A DNA stretch of 64,000 nt from Octopus vulgaris (Eukaryota), in assembly GCA_951406725.2 (NCBI GenBank), contig OX597814.1:218984001-219048000 (forward strand), in the 5' to 3' direction. Below, one piece after another: positions 52,059 to 64,000 of this stretch. The notes under the pieces were generated by a model that saw only the letters and a list, made by a program, of their open reading frames with translations, had not been told where the DNA came from and did not search any database. Made by a program: the position numbers and the translations under genes. Within the stretch, counting starts at the first letter, position 1. Each line of letters starts with the position of its first letter.

Positions 52059-52225
52059 AAAAAAAAACACCTTTTATCAATTCAAAATGAAAAATTAAAT
52101 TACACCATCTAGAAAATTACATGTTATAGAAAGATTGAATATAAGATAAAAAATATAACGATGATTAATTTAATTTTTCATTTTGAATTGATAAAAGGTG
52201 GTTTTTTTCTAATTTATATATATAT
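52040..52225. repeat. Inverted repeat (~50-bp arms) between (TA)n tracts
   Basis: caccttttatcaattcaaaatgaaaaattaaat / atttaatttttcattttgaattgataaaaggtg. Confidence 0.8.
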
Positions 52226-52607
52226 CCGACTCGTGGCCAATGCCAGTGCCGCCTCGACTGGCTTCCGTGCCGGTGGCACGTGAAATACACCAATCCGACC
52301 GTGGCCGTTGCCAGCCTCGCCTGGCACCTGTGCAGGTGGCACGTAAAAAGCACCCACTACACTCACGGAGTGGTTGGCATTAGGAAGGGCATCCAGCTGT
52401 AGAAACATTGCCAGATAAGACTGGAGCCTGGTGCAGCCTTCTGGATTCCCAGATCCCTGGTCGAACCGTCCAACCCATGCTAGCATGGAGAACGGATGTT
52501 AAATGATGATGATGATGATATATATTATATTTTGTGAAATTTGATTTAGTATTTCTAAATTGAATTTTTCCCTGTAAGTTTGGAATAATATTCCCTCATA
52601 TTATTAT

Positions 52608-52644
<37 letters not shown>

Positions 52645-52861
52645 GTCAGTTGATTATATATCCAAAAAAGAAGCACACTCTATATGTTAAAGTAGTAATG
52701 TATTTACAGGAATGGTCAGTCATAAAGTGACCAATGGTTTTGCATCCACAAAGTGCTTAGCCTTATAGATAACACATCAGACTCCAACAGCTACGGATTT
52801 TGGAGACCACTTTATACCATGCACACACACAGAGGCACAGGCATGACCATGTGGTAAGAAG

Positions 52862-52916
52862 TTTGCTACTACCACCGAGCTCTGCACCCGCGGTCGGCTT
52901 CACCCGGGCTCGCGCC
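52862..52916 (-). pseudogene. 28S (LSU) rRNA fragment
   Basis: Reverse complement GGCGCGAGCCCGGGTGAAGCCGACCGCGGGTGCAGAGCTCGGTGGTAGTAGCAAA matches the conserved LSU segment ...GGTGCAGATCTTGGTGGTAGTAGCAAA. Confidence 0.8.
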
Positions 52917-53455
52917 GCCCGCTGCCGCCGGTCAAAACCGTTTTTTCAGCAAAACAACAGTGAAACTGTTTTTCATAACTAAAAATAAGATAAAAATAAG
53001 TTGTTTCTCTGGCAAAAAATGTAAAAGTGTTCTTCTTTCAGCAAAACAATGAAACTTTTTTCTCAGCCAAAAAACGTGAAACTATAACTGTTTTCTCTTT
53101 ACTGTTTGGAATTGCTATTTTTGCAGGGTCGTTTCGAAGTAATTAATTTAATTAGTCAGCCTGTTTGCCCACCTAGTCAGTTTGGTAGCATCATTCAAAA
53201 GCTACAACAATGCAACAATATGAGGAAACACATTGTAACTAGCAGTGAATGACTACATCCGACAGTCTGCTCAAATTAATTAGTCAGGGGAGAAGAGTAG
53301 GGTCCAGAAGACCCTTGTAGGCTTTCCCAGACTGATGAGATTGTTTGAACCTCTCTAGGTTAAAACTGGGAGAAGTGTTTCATTTTAACTTCAAGACTAT
53401 TCTCGCATACTTTGGATCACTAAACTCACACTTCTTTTAATGCTTTTATTTTCAA

Positions 53456-53838
53456 CTAGCAGTATCGCCCGGCGTTGCTCGGGTTTGTAAGGGAAATAAC
53501 TATATAAGCATTTTTAGAGAGTTATAGCCCAAAAATAGCAAAAAAATGCATTAAAAATGGTAAATTTTTATTTAAATCGTTGACTCATCGTAGACATTTT
53601 TAGAGAGTTACTTCCCTTATATAATAGCGAAAAATGCATTAAAATGGAAAAAAATTATGGTAAATTTTTTTTTAAATCGTAGACTCATCGTAGACGCGCA
53701 CTAATACCCAGAAGGGCTCGATATGAATCACGACTATAAGATACCCGGTTTTGGTTAAACTGCACCGCAAAATGTGGGAGTAGTTAGGAATCTAAATCGT
53801 AGGAGACAGACACACAACCTTACTTTTATATATAAAGA
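53456..53838 (-). mobile_element. Non-autonomous Helitron (~390 bp family)
   Basis: Same termini and hairpin as 34031-34425. Confidence 0.85.
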
Positions 53839-54378
53839 TAAATTCTTTCAGTTTTATCAGTGCATTTTCAATTATTACTCTAAAAGTATTTACAACCGTT
53901 CCTCAAGTATCCTTCACTCAGTTTAGTAAACCTGAGTAAATGAACTGGAATATTTGAAGTCTACCAGAAAAAAATGTAAATGTATTCCATGTTTTAAGGG
54001 TGAGACATGAGGGATAGTGTAAGGAAAAGAGACAACTATATCTGAGGGATTTGGAGTGAACAGGGGATACAACTATATAGTGCAGAAGAATAGAAACTCT
54101 TGTAGTTATGGTAACACTGAAGAAATAAAATCTTGTAGTTATGGAAACACTGAAGAAATAAGATTTGAGTCTGAAGTTATAACGGACTGGTGAATCAGTG
54201 TTTCCATCACAACCTCCTATCAACTTGAACTTCCTTTGAATGTTTATGTGTGTAGAAGCAGCATTTCAGATCTTTGAGCAGTATTCTATGTGTTTTATAC
54301 AATCACATCATCAAAATCTGAAAGGTTTGAGATAATTTCGGTTTTATTAAAAACAATGGGAATAAATAAAGTATGACA

Positions 54379-54781
54379 TCTTTGTATATAAAAGTGAAGT
54401 TGTGTGTCTGTCTCCTACGATTTAGATTCCTAACTACTCCCACTTTTTGCGGTGCAGTTTAACCAAAACCGGGTATCTTATAGTCCTGATTCATATCGAG
54501 CCCGTCTGACTATTAGCGCGCGTCAACGATGAGTCTATGATTTTAAAAATAATTTACCATCATTTTTTTTTCCATTTTAATACATTTTTTCGCTATTACA
54601 TAAGGGAAGTAACTCTCTAAAAATGTCTACGATGAGTCAACGACTTTTATAAAAATTTACCATCATTTTTTTTCCATTTTTAATGCATTTTTTCTTTGCT
54701 ATTTTTTTACTATAACTCTCTAAAAATGCTTATATAGTTATTTCCCTTACAAACCCGAGCAACGCCGGGCGATACTACTAG
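54379..54781 (+). mobile_element. Non-autonomous Helitron (~390 bp family), opposite orientation
   Basis: a|TCtttgtatataaaa ... cccgagcaacgccggg ... CTAG|t. Confidence 0.85.
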
Positions 54782-56345
54782 TATGACATAATAATCTGAA
54801 TAGGAAAGAGTTAACGTAAACCAGGTACAGAGAGAGGTGTGACGCCTCAGCTAACAAACAAAAAAGTTTCAAAATGGAAAATAAGTTCGTGGATTTCTTT
54901 ACTCATGCAAAATTTGTTATTAAAAACAAGTTACGAGGAAGTGAAGTTTCGCAGGTTAAGGTTAGGAGTTTAGGATTAACTTGTACTTATTTCATTCATT
55001 CATCTCTTGAATGCTGATCTATTTATTCAACTGTCTCATATATGTAGATACAAATGTCCCAGGTTAATAAAAACGTATGAGAACTAATACTATTATTATT
55101 AATGTGGTCCATGTGAACATAACGCCCAGCCCAGCAAATGTCGATTTTACAACCCGACTACAACACTAGAGTATAATTACAGTTTAGTGCTCCATACACC
55201 CGACTCTGCGAACTTGTTTCTACGTAACTTTTCTTAAAGACAGCATATCTTTGCATGCGCCAAGAATCAACCAACATATTTTCCGATTTGAAAATTTTCT
55301 GTTTAGGAGCTTCAACCCTTAGATATACGGATGGATTTGTAATTTAGCTTAAAAACTATGGGTCGAGAAAAAATATATCCTACAATTGATTAAATGTGTG
55401 AGCTAAATAGCATTCCGAACTAAATACATCGTCCCAGCCTGGGATATTGTACACAACCAGAAATAAAACGACTGATAACGATCGAATATCGAACTGTAAT
55501 GTAGATATTATTGAGTATAGCAAGTATTCTGAAAACTATGATAGTAATTAATATCCTACAACTTATTACACCAAAACTACGGTCGATCATTAGATATCAA
55601 TTAAGCTTGTACCCTGATATTAAAATCGGACACAAACAATTCCACCAACTTTCAAGTTTGTTTTATATGATAGTGAATATAAGCAAAACATGTTAGGAAA
55701 AATAATATTTATAAATATCAAGATATATATATATCTATAAAATTTGCGAATATAACAAATAATAACGATTTCTTCTAATATAGACACAAAGCTAGACATT
55801 TTGGTGTCGGGTATTAGGGGTATTGTTGATTAAATCCCCTCAGTACTTGAATGATAATGAAATGAATGGGATTCTGAATATGTTTATAAATATTTGTAAC
55901 ATTGGTGCAAGACTCTTACAAGATAAATTCGATTTAAACGATCTTAGTTTTTGCCAAGTACACACTTTATTGTATATAGAAATAATGACAGGTAAAGACA
56001 TGATATGTACAATTAATAAAAATGAAAATACATTTCTTCATTCTCATTGACTGAGGATCATCGTACACGTTGTGTGTGTGTGTTTGGACAATTAAAAGTT
56101 TAGAATGTTCCACCTGTTCCAATTCTGTAGCATCGAAAATATTACGTCAATAGTCTTTTTAACAGTCCTTTTTAGTATACAATACTAAATCTTGCACAAT
56201 ATTAAGTCATAACGAACTACATGGACATAAAAGACAAAAACAAATTCATCAAAATAAAACAAAAACAAGTTAAAATAAGAAATGATGAAGCTATGAATGA
56301 AATCTCGGACGGGTGAAAGAAAAATAAAGGAGAGAATTGTTTTAC

Positions 56346-56430
56346 CAAATCTCGAAGAGGAGCCTTCAATTTCGCGACTGTTCATCTCAGAAGCCGTTGG
56401 TTCTTCGTTCGTGATAATTTCTCGATCCAT
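56346..56430 (-). CDS. SLC11A2: Candidate distal first coding exon (1a) of NRAMP gene
   Basis: aacaggATGG start, MDREIITNEEPTASEMNSREIEGSSSRF-G|gtaaaa; phase-1 donor compatible with exon 2; hydrophilic acidic composition like NRAMP N-termini. Confidence 0.6.
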
Positions 56431-57278
56431 CCTGTTCTTATCAAACAATAGTTCATTAATTAATTTTATCTTTCAATCATCGTTTTTGATAACTTTGTGT
56501 CAGTAAAAAAAAAAATTAGTTTCTAATACACCTGGAACAAACACCTCCAATTGTTTAAAGGTCGGTTAAATCTCATGTACTGTTCGCTTCTTTCTCTGTT
56601 TATACGTGATGCGGGTCTAAAATATGGTTCTTGGCGACAGACCAACGTCCGAAAGCCAATTCTCCTGTTTTGCCCTCGAAATATATTATTATATACTTTG
56701 TACTCTTGTTTGTTGTTTGTACATGAGTGTGTATACGTGTGTGGGTGTGTGGATGAAAGCTAATTTGTGGGTGCGCGCACTGTGTGTCTACTTGGTTAAA
56801 AGGTAGTTTGTGTATTGGGACAGAGGATAGTTCAGTTAGATTTGAAACACTTTATTTTCTTGACAACTCACCCAACAAGTACTTATTTATTTCTGATGTG
56901 CCTGTCATTGAAAAATAATAACAATAAAAATAATTTTCATTGTCAAAAACACAACACAAACCTATTTTTAGTTTACTAATTAGGCAGAGCAATTTTCAAA
57001 AGCTTATCTACGGATTCAGTTTAATCATGTACAATTTTATTTGAAAATATATCTGAAGTTAATCCTAGATGTAATTAAATCCAGATAGGACAACAAACGA
57101 AAGCAACCCTTCCAAATGCAGTAGCAACTAATTAAATATGTTTAATATCAACAAGTGATTTCAAAACTCAAGTCGAGTAAAACTGAACAAAATGTCATCG
57201 GACAGCAATTCTTTGTCAATTATTAACGCGGAGAAGGCAGTCGTTCCATGTGTTTCTTGCTTTTATGTTCTCACCCCT

Positions 57279-57345
<67 letters not shown>

Positions 57346-57979
57346 TATTCAACTTTTTCTCTTGATCCACAGAATTCCCGTCTTTGTACGGGGAAGTTTG
57401 TGTAAATATAAATTACTTTTCTTAAGACATCTTTTTGTTAAGTATTAATATCAGATGCATGTAACTTTCTTCAATAGTCAGACAAGTGATTGTCATTCAT
57501 TGGCTGTGAAGAAATGGATGCACTTGTCGTAGGCCTGGGGATTAATCACTATTAGTTCTTGTCGAAAACGAATGTAAAAGGCCATACTTATTTGATCACC
57601 TGTAACTTAAGGACAGGTGATTAAAGAAAATATTACTCTCCAGCTAGATGACAGCTGCCTTTGGAAGGCATCCTATTGTTCAAGATACTTATCGTTATCA
57701 ACGTGTGAATCTACCTGTTGCTGGCTGACAAAATATCATCCACCCTCCTCTGACTTATCTCAACGATGAAAATCATTTGGTTTGTTGTTATTTGGAATAT
57801 TTTACACGGTTCAGATTCACACAGAAACTTCTTCGTTGAAATTAACACTTCTCATCATATGTCTACTACAAACTGTCTCAGCAATTCTAGGTAGGTTCAC
57901 CGCGCATTTATACAGATGGCAAGTAGCAATTAAAATGAGAGGAAGAAAAGTATTATTAATTAGTTGAAATGGTTCTTTA

Positions 57980-58211
57980 GGCGGTGAGCTGGCAGAAACG
58001 TTAGCACGCCGGGCGAAATGCTTAGCGGTATTTCGTCAGCCGTTACGTTGTGAGTTCAAATTCCGCCGAGGTTGACTTTGCCTTTCATCCTTTCGGGGTC
58101 GATAAATTAAGTACCAGTTCCGCACTGGGGTCGATGTAATCGACTTAATACCTATGTCTGTCCTTGTTTGTCCCCTCTAAGTTTAGCCCCTTGTGGGTAA
58201 TAGAGAAATAG
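57980..58211 (+). mobile_element. SINE family B, young full-length copy
   Basis: CpG-intact copy; ggttcttta repeated at both flanks. Confidence 0.85.
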
Positions 58212-58965
58212 GTTCTTTATTTTCATCGTTACAATATAAGATGTAACTTTTTTTCGAGTTGTTACACAATGATAATTTGCCCTTCTTTTATTCAATCTGT
58301 AAGTAATTAAACTCATCTTTTGTTGACTGATGGGAAAAGGAGTGAAAGAAAGAGTTAGAGTCTACCTGTTTGGCCTGACAAGAAGATAATCCATAAGTGA
58401 AAGGAGAGAAATAGATGCTCTTCAGCTACGCACCAAGTGATCAGAGAGAGAGAGAGAGAGTGATTTTGAGTTGTGTATTTATATTTTTCCTAAATTAGAT
58501 CAGTCTAGACAAAGGATTTTCCGTCTCTTATCTTCTTGACCCTATCTAACCTAAGAATGTTAACTTAAACGATAAAATCCTTACTGAATGTGAGACTGTT
58601 GACTTACATTAATTTCTAAATGTAAAAGCCGAAAACAATAGGAAAAGAACTTGTAGAAAAATGTAGATTCGGCTTCGGTTCCTGGTTTAGAATGTAGGAA
58701 GCTATTCGGTTACACAACCATAAAAGAAAGATTCGGAGATCAACTGGGATGACAAGGTGGTTGAAAGTTTGTGTGATTATAAATTCCAGTGTGACAGAAT
58801 TACCACTTGCGGGGCATTTTCAGGATTTAGTGTCTTATTTTCAAGTTATTTTCCAAAAATCTAACGATGATAATGTTTTTGTACTGACAAGCATAACCTA
58901 TTGGAATGATTAGTGCAAAAACAATAAAGACAAATAGTATTTAATTAGTAACTATTAATTGAAAT

Positions 58966-59388
58966 GGCGATCTTTCGTCTCTAGTAGACCTTTCCGTAAA
59001 AATTTTTTTCTTTTTTACATATGGGCTTGCGGGAACTTTTGAAGTAATATACATACATATACACATACACCGAGTAAAAAATTTCAGTTATCTCTTTCTT
59101 TCACACATTACTCTCTCTGTCTCTTCACACACACTAACAGAAGCACTTCACTTACACAACATACTGTCTGTCTCCCACACCCCATCAAACACACACACAC
59201 ACACACACATGTACATCAATGCTTCCCATGCACGGTAACTTCAAAAGAACTTCCCTCGTCATACAATCGCTTTCTCTTAGTCTCTTTCGCTCTCATTACT
59301 TCAAAAGTTCCCGCAAGCCCATATGTAATAAAAAAAGAAGTTTTTTACGGAAATCGACGGAAAGGTCTACTAGAGACGAAAGATTGCC
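58966..59388. mobile_element. MITE with ~80-bp TIRs and 8-bp TSD (Merlin-like)
   Basis: GGCGATCT...AGATTGCC termini; exact ATTGAAAT duplication at 58958-58965 and 59389-59396. Confidence 0.75.
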
Positions 59389-60059
59389 ATTGAAATTGCA
59401 TGACGAAATCACACAAGAAAGATAAGTTGCGTGAATGTATCTTTATTTATGGAAACTCCTTTCCGTCACTTTAAGGAAGCGCACGGAACGCTCTAGCTTT
59501 TGGCCTTATCGGTACTTGATTCGCATACATAAGAAGAATAGACGGTGACTTCCTCATTCGGGTAACACATGCGAACGTGTGCTTGAAGGTTTCGTTACTT
59601 TATATGCTTCGTCAGAGACACGGCTGTTTTTCATCTACTTTCTATTCAGCTGTTTTTCATCCATGCTCTTCTACTGTTCAACTGCCGTTTTCTCCATGTT
59701 CAATCTGAACAATAAGTGGAGAAATGGTTGGAAATAAGTACTCAATGAATGATAAACATGATTATTTAAATGTAATAATTCAGAAGAGTCTAGCAGAATA
59801 GAAAAACCCTAGGGAGCAGGTATGCATGTTTCACATAGTTTCTATGAGTCACATAGAACTGTGAGATTCTGTCACGGCCTGTACATATGATCTGGAGACG
59901 GGAATATCACTAAAACATTTTTTTTCTTAGCAAAAAGGGCGACGTAATTTAATCCAAAGGTTTTCGATATTTGCGGTAACGGAATCACAAAATTTGCAAA
60001 CACGATGAAGTTCAGTGGCCGAATTTGTCGGGACATAAGAGTCGTATGAAAACTAATAA

Positions 60060-60500
60060 AATAATAATAATAATAATAATAATTGTGTACAGTGCTCAGG
60101 TGCACTACAACTCATCTAAAGTGTATATATAATCAGGTGTAGTTTCGGCGGATTTCGGAAAGCATGAGGGCCTTAAAGGATGCAGTGTCATGGCAGTCAA
60201 CAACTGACGCAGGCAGTTTATTCCATGCTTCAGCAACTCTGAGCGTGAAAAAAATGTTTCCGAAAGTCATGGGAGCTGTGTTGTTTTCTGACTTTGTAGG
60301 CATGTCCACGTGTGTTAGACACATGGAGATCAAAAAGGTGTTCAGTGTTGTTGGTGAGGTGGTTGATAACTTTGTGGGTGTTTACCAAGTCCATCGCCAG
60401 ACGCCGGAGCTTCAGTGAATCCATGCCCAGGGAAACAAGGCGCTCAGAATATGGTAGGTGTCTGATGGAGGGTATGCGTTTGGTTGCACGTCTCTTCGAT
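60060..60500 (-). mobile_element. CR1-group LINE 3' end
   Basis: PYSERLVSLGMDSLKLRRLAMDL, TRGHAYK, FFTLRVAEAWNKLP; (TTA)n tail; second tail copy at 45967-46245 on +. Confidence 0.8.
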
Positions 60501-60810
60501 CCATGGAATGCTATGTCTTATGGTCTTTCCAACGATGTCATGCAGGTACATCTTACCTTGCGAATGATTTGTATCTGGATTTAATGTACTGCAGGCACTT
60601 TGAAAAGTACGCCTATAAAACTTTGCTGGTACGATCCAAATGTGTTGTCATCATAAAATTCGTAACTAATGTAAGTTCAACCATTATCATTTAAAAACGT
60701 TAAAAACACAAAATTTGATGATGTTTTACAGTAATGATAAATTAAGTCTAAGTAAACGAAAATTATTTTTTGCAACGCTTGTTTGGTTTTACGTGAAATT
60801 CATGTGATGA

Positions 60811-61577
60811 TCTTATATATATATAAATAAGAGTGTCTGTGTGTGTGCACGCGCGTATGTTCCTTATGCATTTCAAAACCGAGTTGCCATTTTTGACGTA
60901 TGGGGTATCAAGATTCAGTAAGCTTCTGGCTACCAACTAAACTACATTTTCATTCACTTATTTGCATTACAAAAATTTAAGATTATTTTTCTTTTAGTCA
61001 CCTATCGTAAACGACATCTTTTACCACCACCACAACGACGATGACATCACATTTTCTATGTGTTGGCGCGTTCGTTACGTGCGCTAGGCCGATGACTGAC
61101 AAGTATATGTCAGTCATTTCAACCAAAATTGCAGTGTTCCTTACGATACTGACGATGTGTGAATAATGAAAGTAATGTTTCTCCGAATTAGTCACATCTG
61201 TATTATAATAAAGAAAGTTGCTTAGGTGATCTTTCGTTTTGACTTGCAGAGCTGTTATCTGCGTTCGTTAATTTCTGTAAAAAATTTTTATTTACTTTTG
61301 TTTTAAAGTGAAAGAGAGGAGAACATGAAGGATGTATGTACGTGTATATGAAATGGATGTGTGTGTATGTGTGAGAGAGAGAGAAAGAGAGGGGTGAAGG
61401 GGGAAAGAGTGAGAGAGGAATGAAGAAAGAAAGAGAGTGAGTGAAGGGGTATGTTGTCATGTATACGCACATACCTCAATACATATGCATACATTTTTTT
61501 GAATGTACATGTGCGTGTGTGTGTGCGAGAGAGAGTGAACGTGTGTTCTCATGTATGTGTAAGTGGCACTCTCTCTT

Positions 61578-61629
<52 letters not shown>

Positions 61630-62046
61630 GTCCATTTCGCATATACGTTCGTACATTTTTCACTAACGAAACATAGCCGTTGCTTATTATCTATCTACCA
61701 AATAAACTGTTTTTCACTCAACAACTTTTTTTTACAACTAAAATAACCCCGGCAACTACGCGGGTCGCACAATTTTAGGTCATTTTCGGGAAATATTTGA
61801 AAACATGACTTCTGGACAAAATCATATTAACCCACTTTTATACGATGAAATAATACATAGTTTGTGATCCTTCTTAAGAACAGAAAGCACTTTCACGCAA
61901 ACCCATTCACTTTTAAACAAACATTAAAGTTCCATTATGCCATTAACTATATGTCAGCGGTGCCGATTCTGCCCATAAGAAAGGAGCAAATAATACAATG
62001 TGCCTTTAAGTCACAATATCCGGGCAACGCCGGGATGCATTACTAG
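60811..62046 (+). mobile_element. Non-autonomous Helitron with internal microsatellites
   Basis: a|TCttatatatatataaa start; ccgggcaacgccggg hairpin then CTAG|t end. Confidence 0.75.
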
Positions 62047-62329
62047 TTAATATATAAATTATGGTTTAATATGAACAATGTAAATATGTCCCCATTTAAA
62101 CACAGGGTAAATTAACGCTTTTTGGCTCCATGAAAATGAAAACATCTATCTTGTCAGAAGCTAAAGGTTTTCAGACAAACTTCACAACTGGTGTTGGCTT
62201 TTTTTATGTCTCCGTAACTTAGCGGTTCGGCAAAAGACACTGATAGAGTAAGTATCAAGCTTTAAAACTAAGTACTAGGGTCGATTTGTTCAACTAAATC
62301 CCTTCAAAGTGGTGCCCAAGTATGGCTGG

Positions 62330-63740
62330 TATGATGTTCTTGTCTGCTAGTTTGATTCCGAATAATATCTGTCAGCTGCTCGACCATCCCATAGACACAA
62401 GAAACAACAGTATTTTCTGAAGCTTCACTGCATTCCCATTAATATTCCAATGACTTTTAAATCTCCACATATTTTCCATGAGTATCTTTCATAGGCAATG
62501 GCATGAAGTATAAGTTCCATATTCTTATATGATACATGAAGATGAACGGAGTGTGCAATAGGAACGGAGGGCTTCAAATTACCATTATGGAGAAGTACAG
62601 CTTTTAAACTTCGTTTCGAAGTGTCAATAAACAAACGCCACTCTGTAGGATCATGATTTTGTGATAAACATTTGAAAAGTCCATCGATGTTTCTGTAAAA
62701 GAAAAACACGTTTGTAGAACCACATTTCTCTGCCAAAAATAAGTTATATGGGCACCGAGCTCTAGCAGATACTCCTCCTTCAGTCTTGATGCCAACAGTT
62801 CTGTTTTATCTTTTGAGAGGGATAGGTCTCTGACAAGGTCATTCAGTTCAGCTCGGGAAAATTTCTGAGGTTCAAAGCAATTGTGACAGTCAGTATCATC
62901 GTCTGATGTTTGAATACCATCATTTGGTGGAACTGAAATTGACAGACTTCCATTGTAAGGCACAGGTCTCATTGTAGAATCCAATTTGGGATACACAATT
63001 TTGTGCTTATTCTTCATAGAAATTCTGTGACACTTACTTCGAAAAAATAAAATGGTCTTTCGGCTCCCTCCATATCATTGGAATGGCAAAAGACATGGAC
63101 TTCTTATTATTGTTGAACCAGTCACGTAAGCCATTTGAGCAAGCTGAGCAGATAAAATGTAGTGCCCATAACTTGTCCTGATCTCCAAGAGGACAGCCAA
63201 AGTGCAGCTTATAAATCTTCTTGATCTCTGGTGTCATTGTACATTTTGGAGCTTTCACAATAAATTGACCTCAGACATAACAAACACATCAAGACGATTT
63301 CTACACTGTCTTGACATCGTTAACACTGTAAAACAAGTAAGGAAATAGGTACAAACGGTTATACTTATATTGAATTTGAAATGATAAAATATTTCATCAG
63401 ACCAATTTTGACTGGACAATTTGAGATGTTTGAAATACCTATTTCATTAGGCAAAACTTGATTGGTTAATTTAAGATGATGGAATATTGCATCTGAACTA
63501 TGCAGCAATGAATAATGTAGCGTATTTTAAAGGTATGTTTCCATGATGTAAATGAAATACATGCATACACGTCATTAATTGGAATTTCTATATAATGCAT
63601 GAGCTAAAACCAAAAAACTTTCTCATCTTGAAAACTGTACGTGATGTCAAAAACACTAATTGTATATTTGAAATCAGCATTAAAAACTACACTGGGTACA
63701 CCTTGGCATATACTTGATGAAAATTACTTGTTCACCAGTG
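62330..63740 (-). mobile_element. Chapaev (CMC superfamily) transposon relic with frameshifted transposase
   Basis: ATG 63317 MSRQCRN..DVF; segments PLGDQDKLWALHFIC, IPMIWREPKDH, WRLFIDTSKRSLKAVLLHNGN, WKICGDLKVI; CACTG terminus at 63740. Confidence 0.85.
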
Positions 63741-64000
63741 TTAATAGGCGGGTTAAACAACTAAAAAAAAAACTGAAGTTAAATTTTCCTTAGGTGTGCC
63801 ATTCAATTCGCCCATGACTGACGTAGAGACTTTCTGGTAGGTTGGTTGGCTGGCTGGCTGGTTGATTAGCATAACTGTATAGCCTTCCTTGTTTGGATTG
63901 AAAAACTTGTCTCCATGCTATTTATACTAGTGGCGAAGTCGACGACACGAAAGATATAACTCATATCTAAAAACAAAGGTAAGAGAGATTTGGTGTGACA

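Noticed and set aside
52720-52790. Very degenerate hammerhead-like remnants (also near 51765-51805)
   Set aside because: Multiple core positions are lost, so it cannot be supported
56430-56800. 5' UTR iron-responsive element
   Set aside because: No CAGUGH-loop hairpin with bulged C seen near either first exon; the 3' UTR lies outside the window

Overview
Eukaryotic, AT-rich, repeat-dense genomic DNA, most likely an octopus/coleoid cephalopod (inferred from the SINE and RTE-tail families). The window holds the 5' half of a minus-strand NRAMP/SLC11 (DMT1/Malvolio-like) divalent metal transporter gene. Six phase-consistent coding exons (31880 down to 1256) carry intact DPGN and MPH motifs. Two candidate alternative first coding exons (56346-56430 and 40649-40688) both splice in frame to the common exon; the gene continues past the left edge. 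The introns are packed with tRNA-derived SINEs, RTE/CR1/HERO LINE fragments, non-autonomous Helitrons, mariner/hAT/Merlin/piggyBac-like elements, a Chapaev transposase relic and a 28S rRNA fragment. The most striking hidden layer is at least seven type-I hammerhead ribozyme motifs (five with an intact CUGANGA...GAAAC...GUH core), usually with palindromic stem III and often a 45-80 nt loop II. They sit in Penelope-derived, (TA)n-flanked fold-back elements, and four intact ones are sense to the NRAMP pre-mRNA. Repeat boundaries were read by eye and are approximate.
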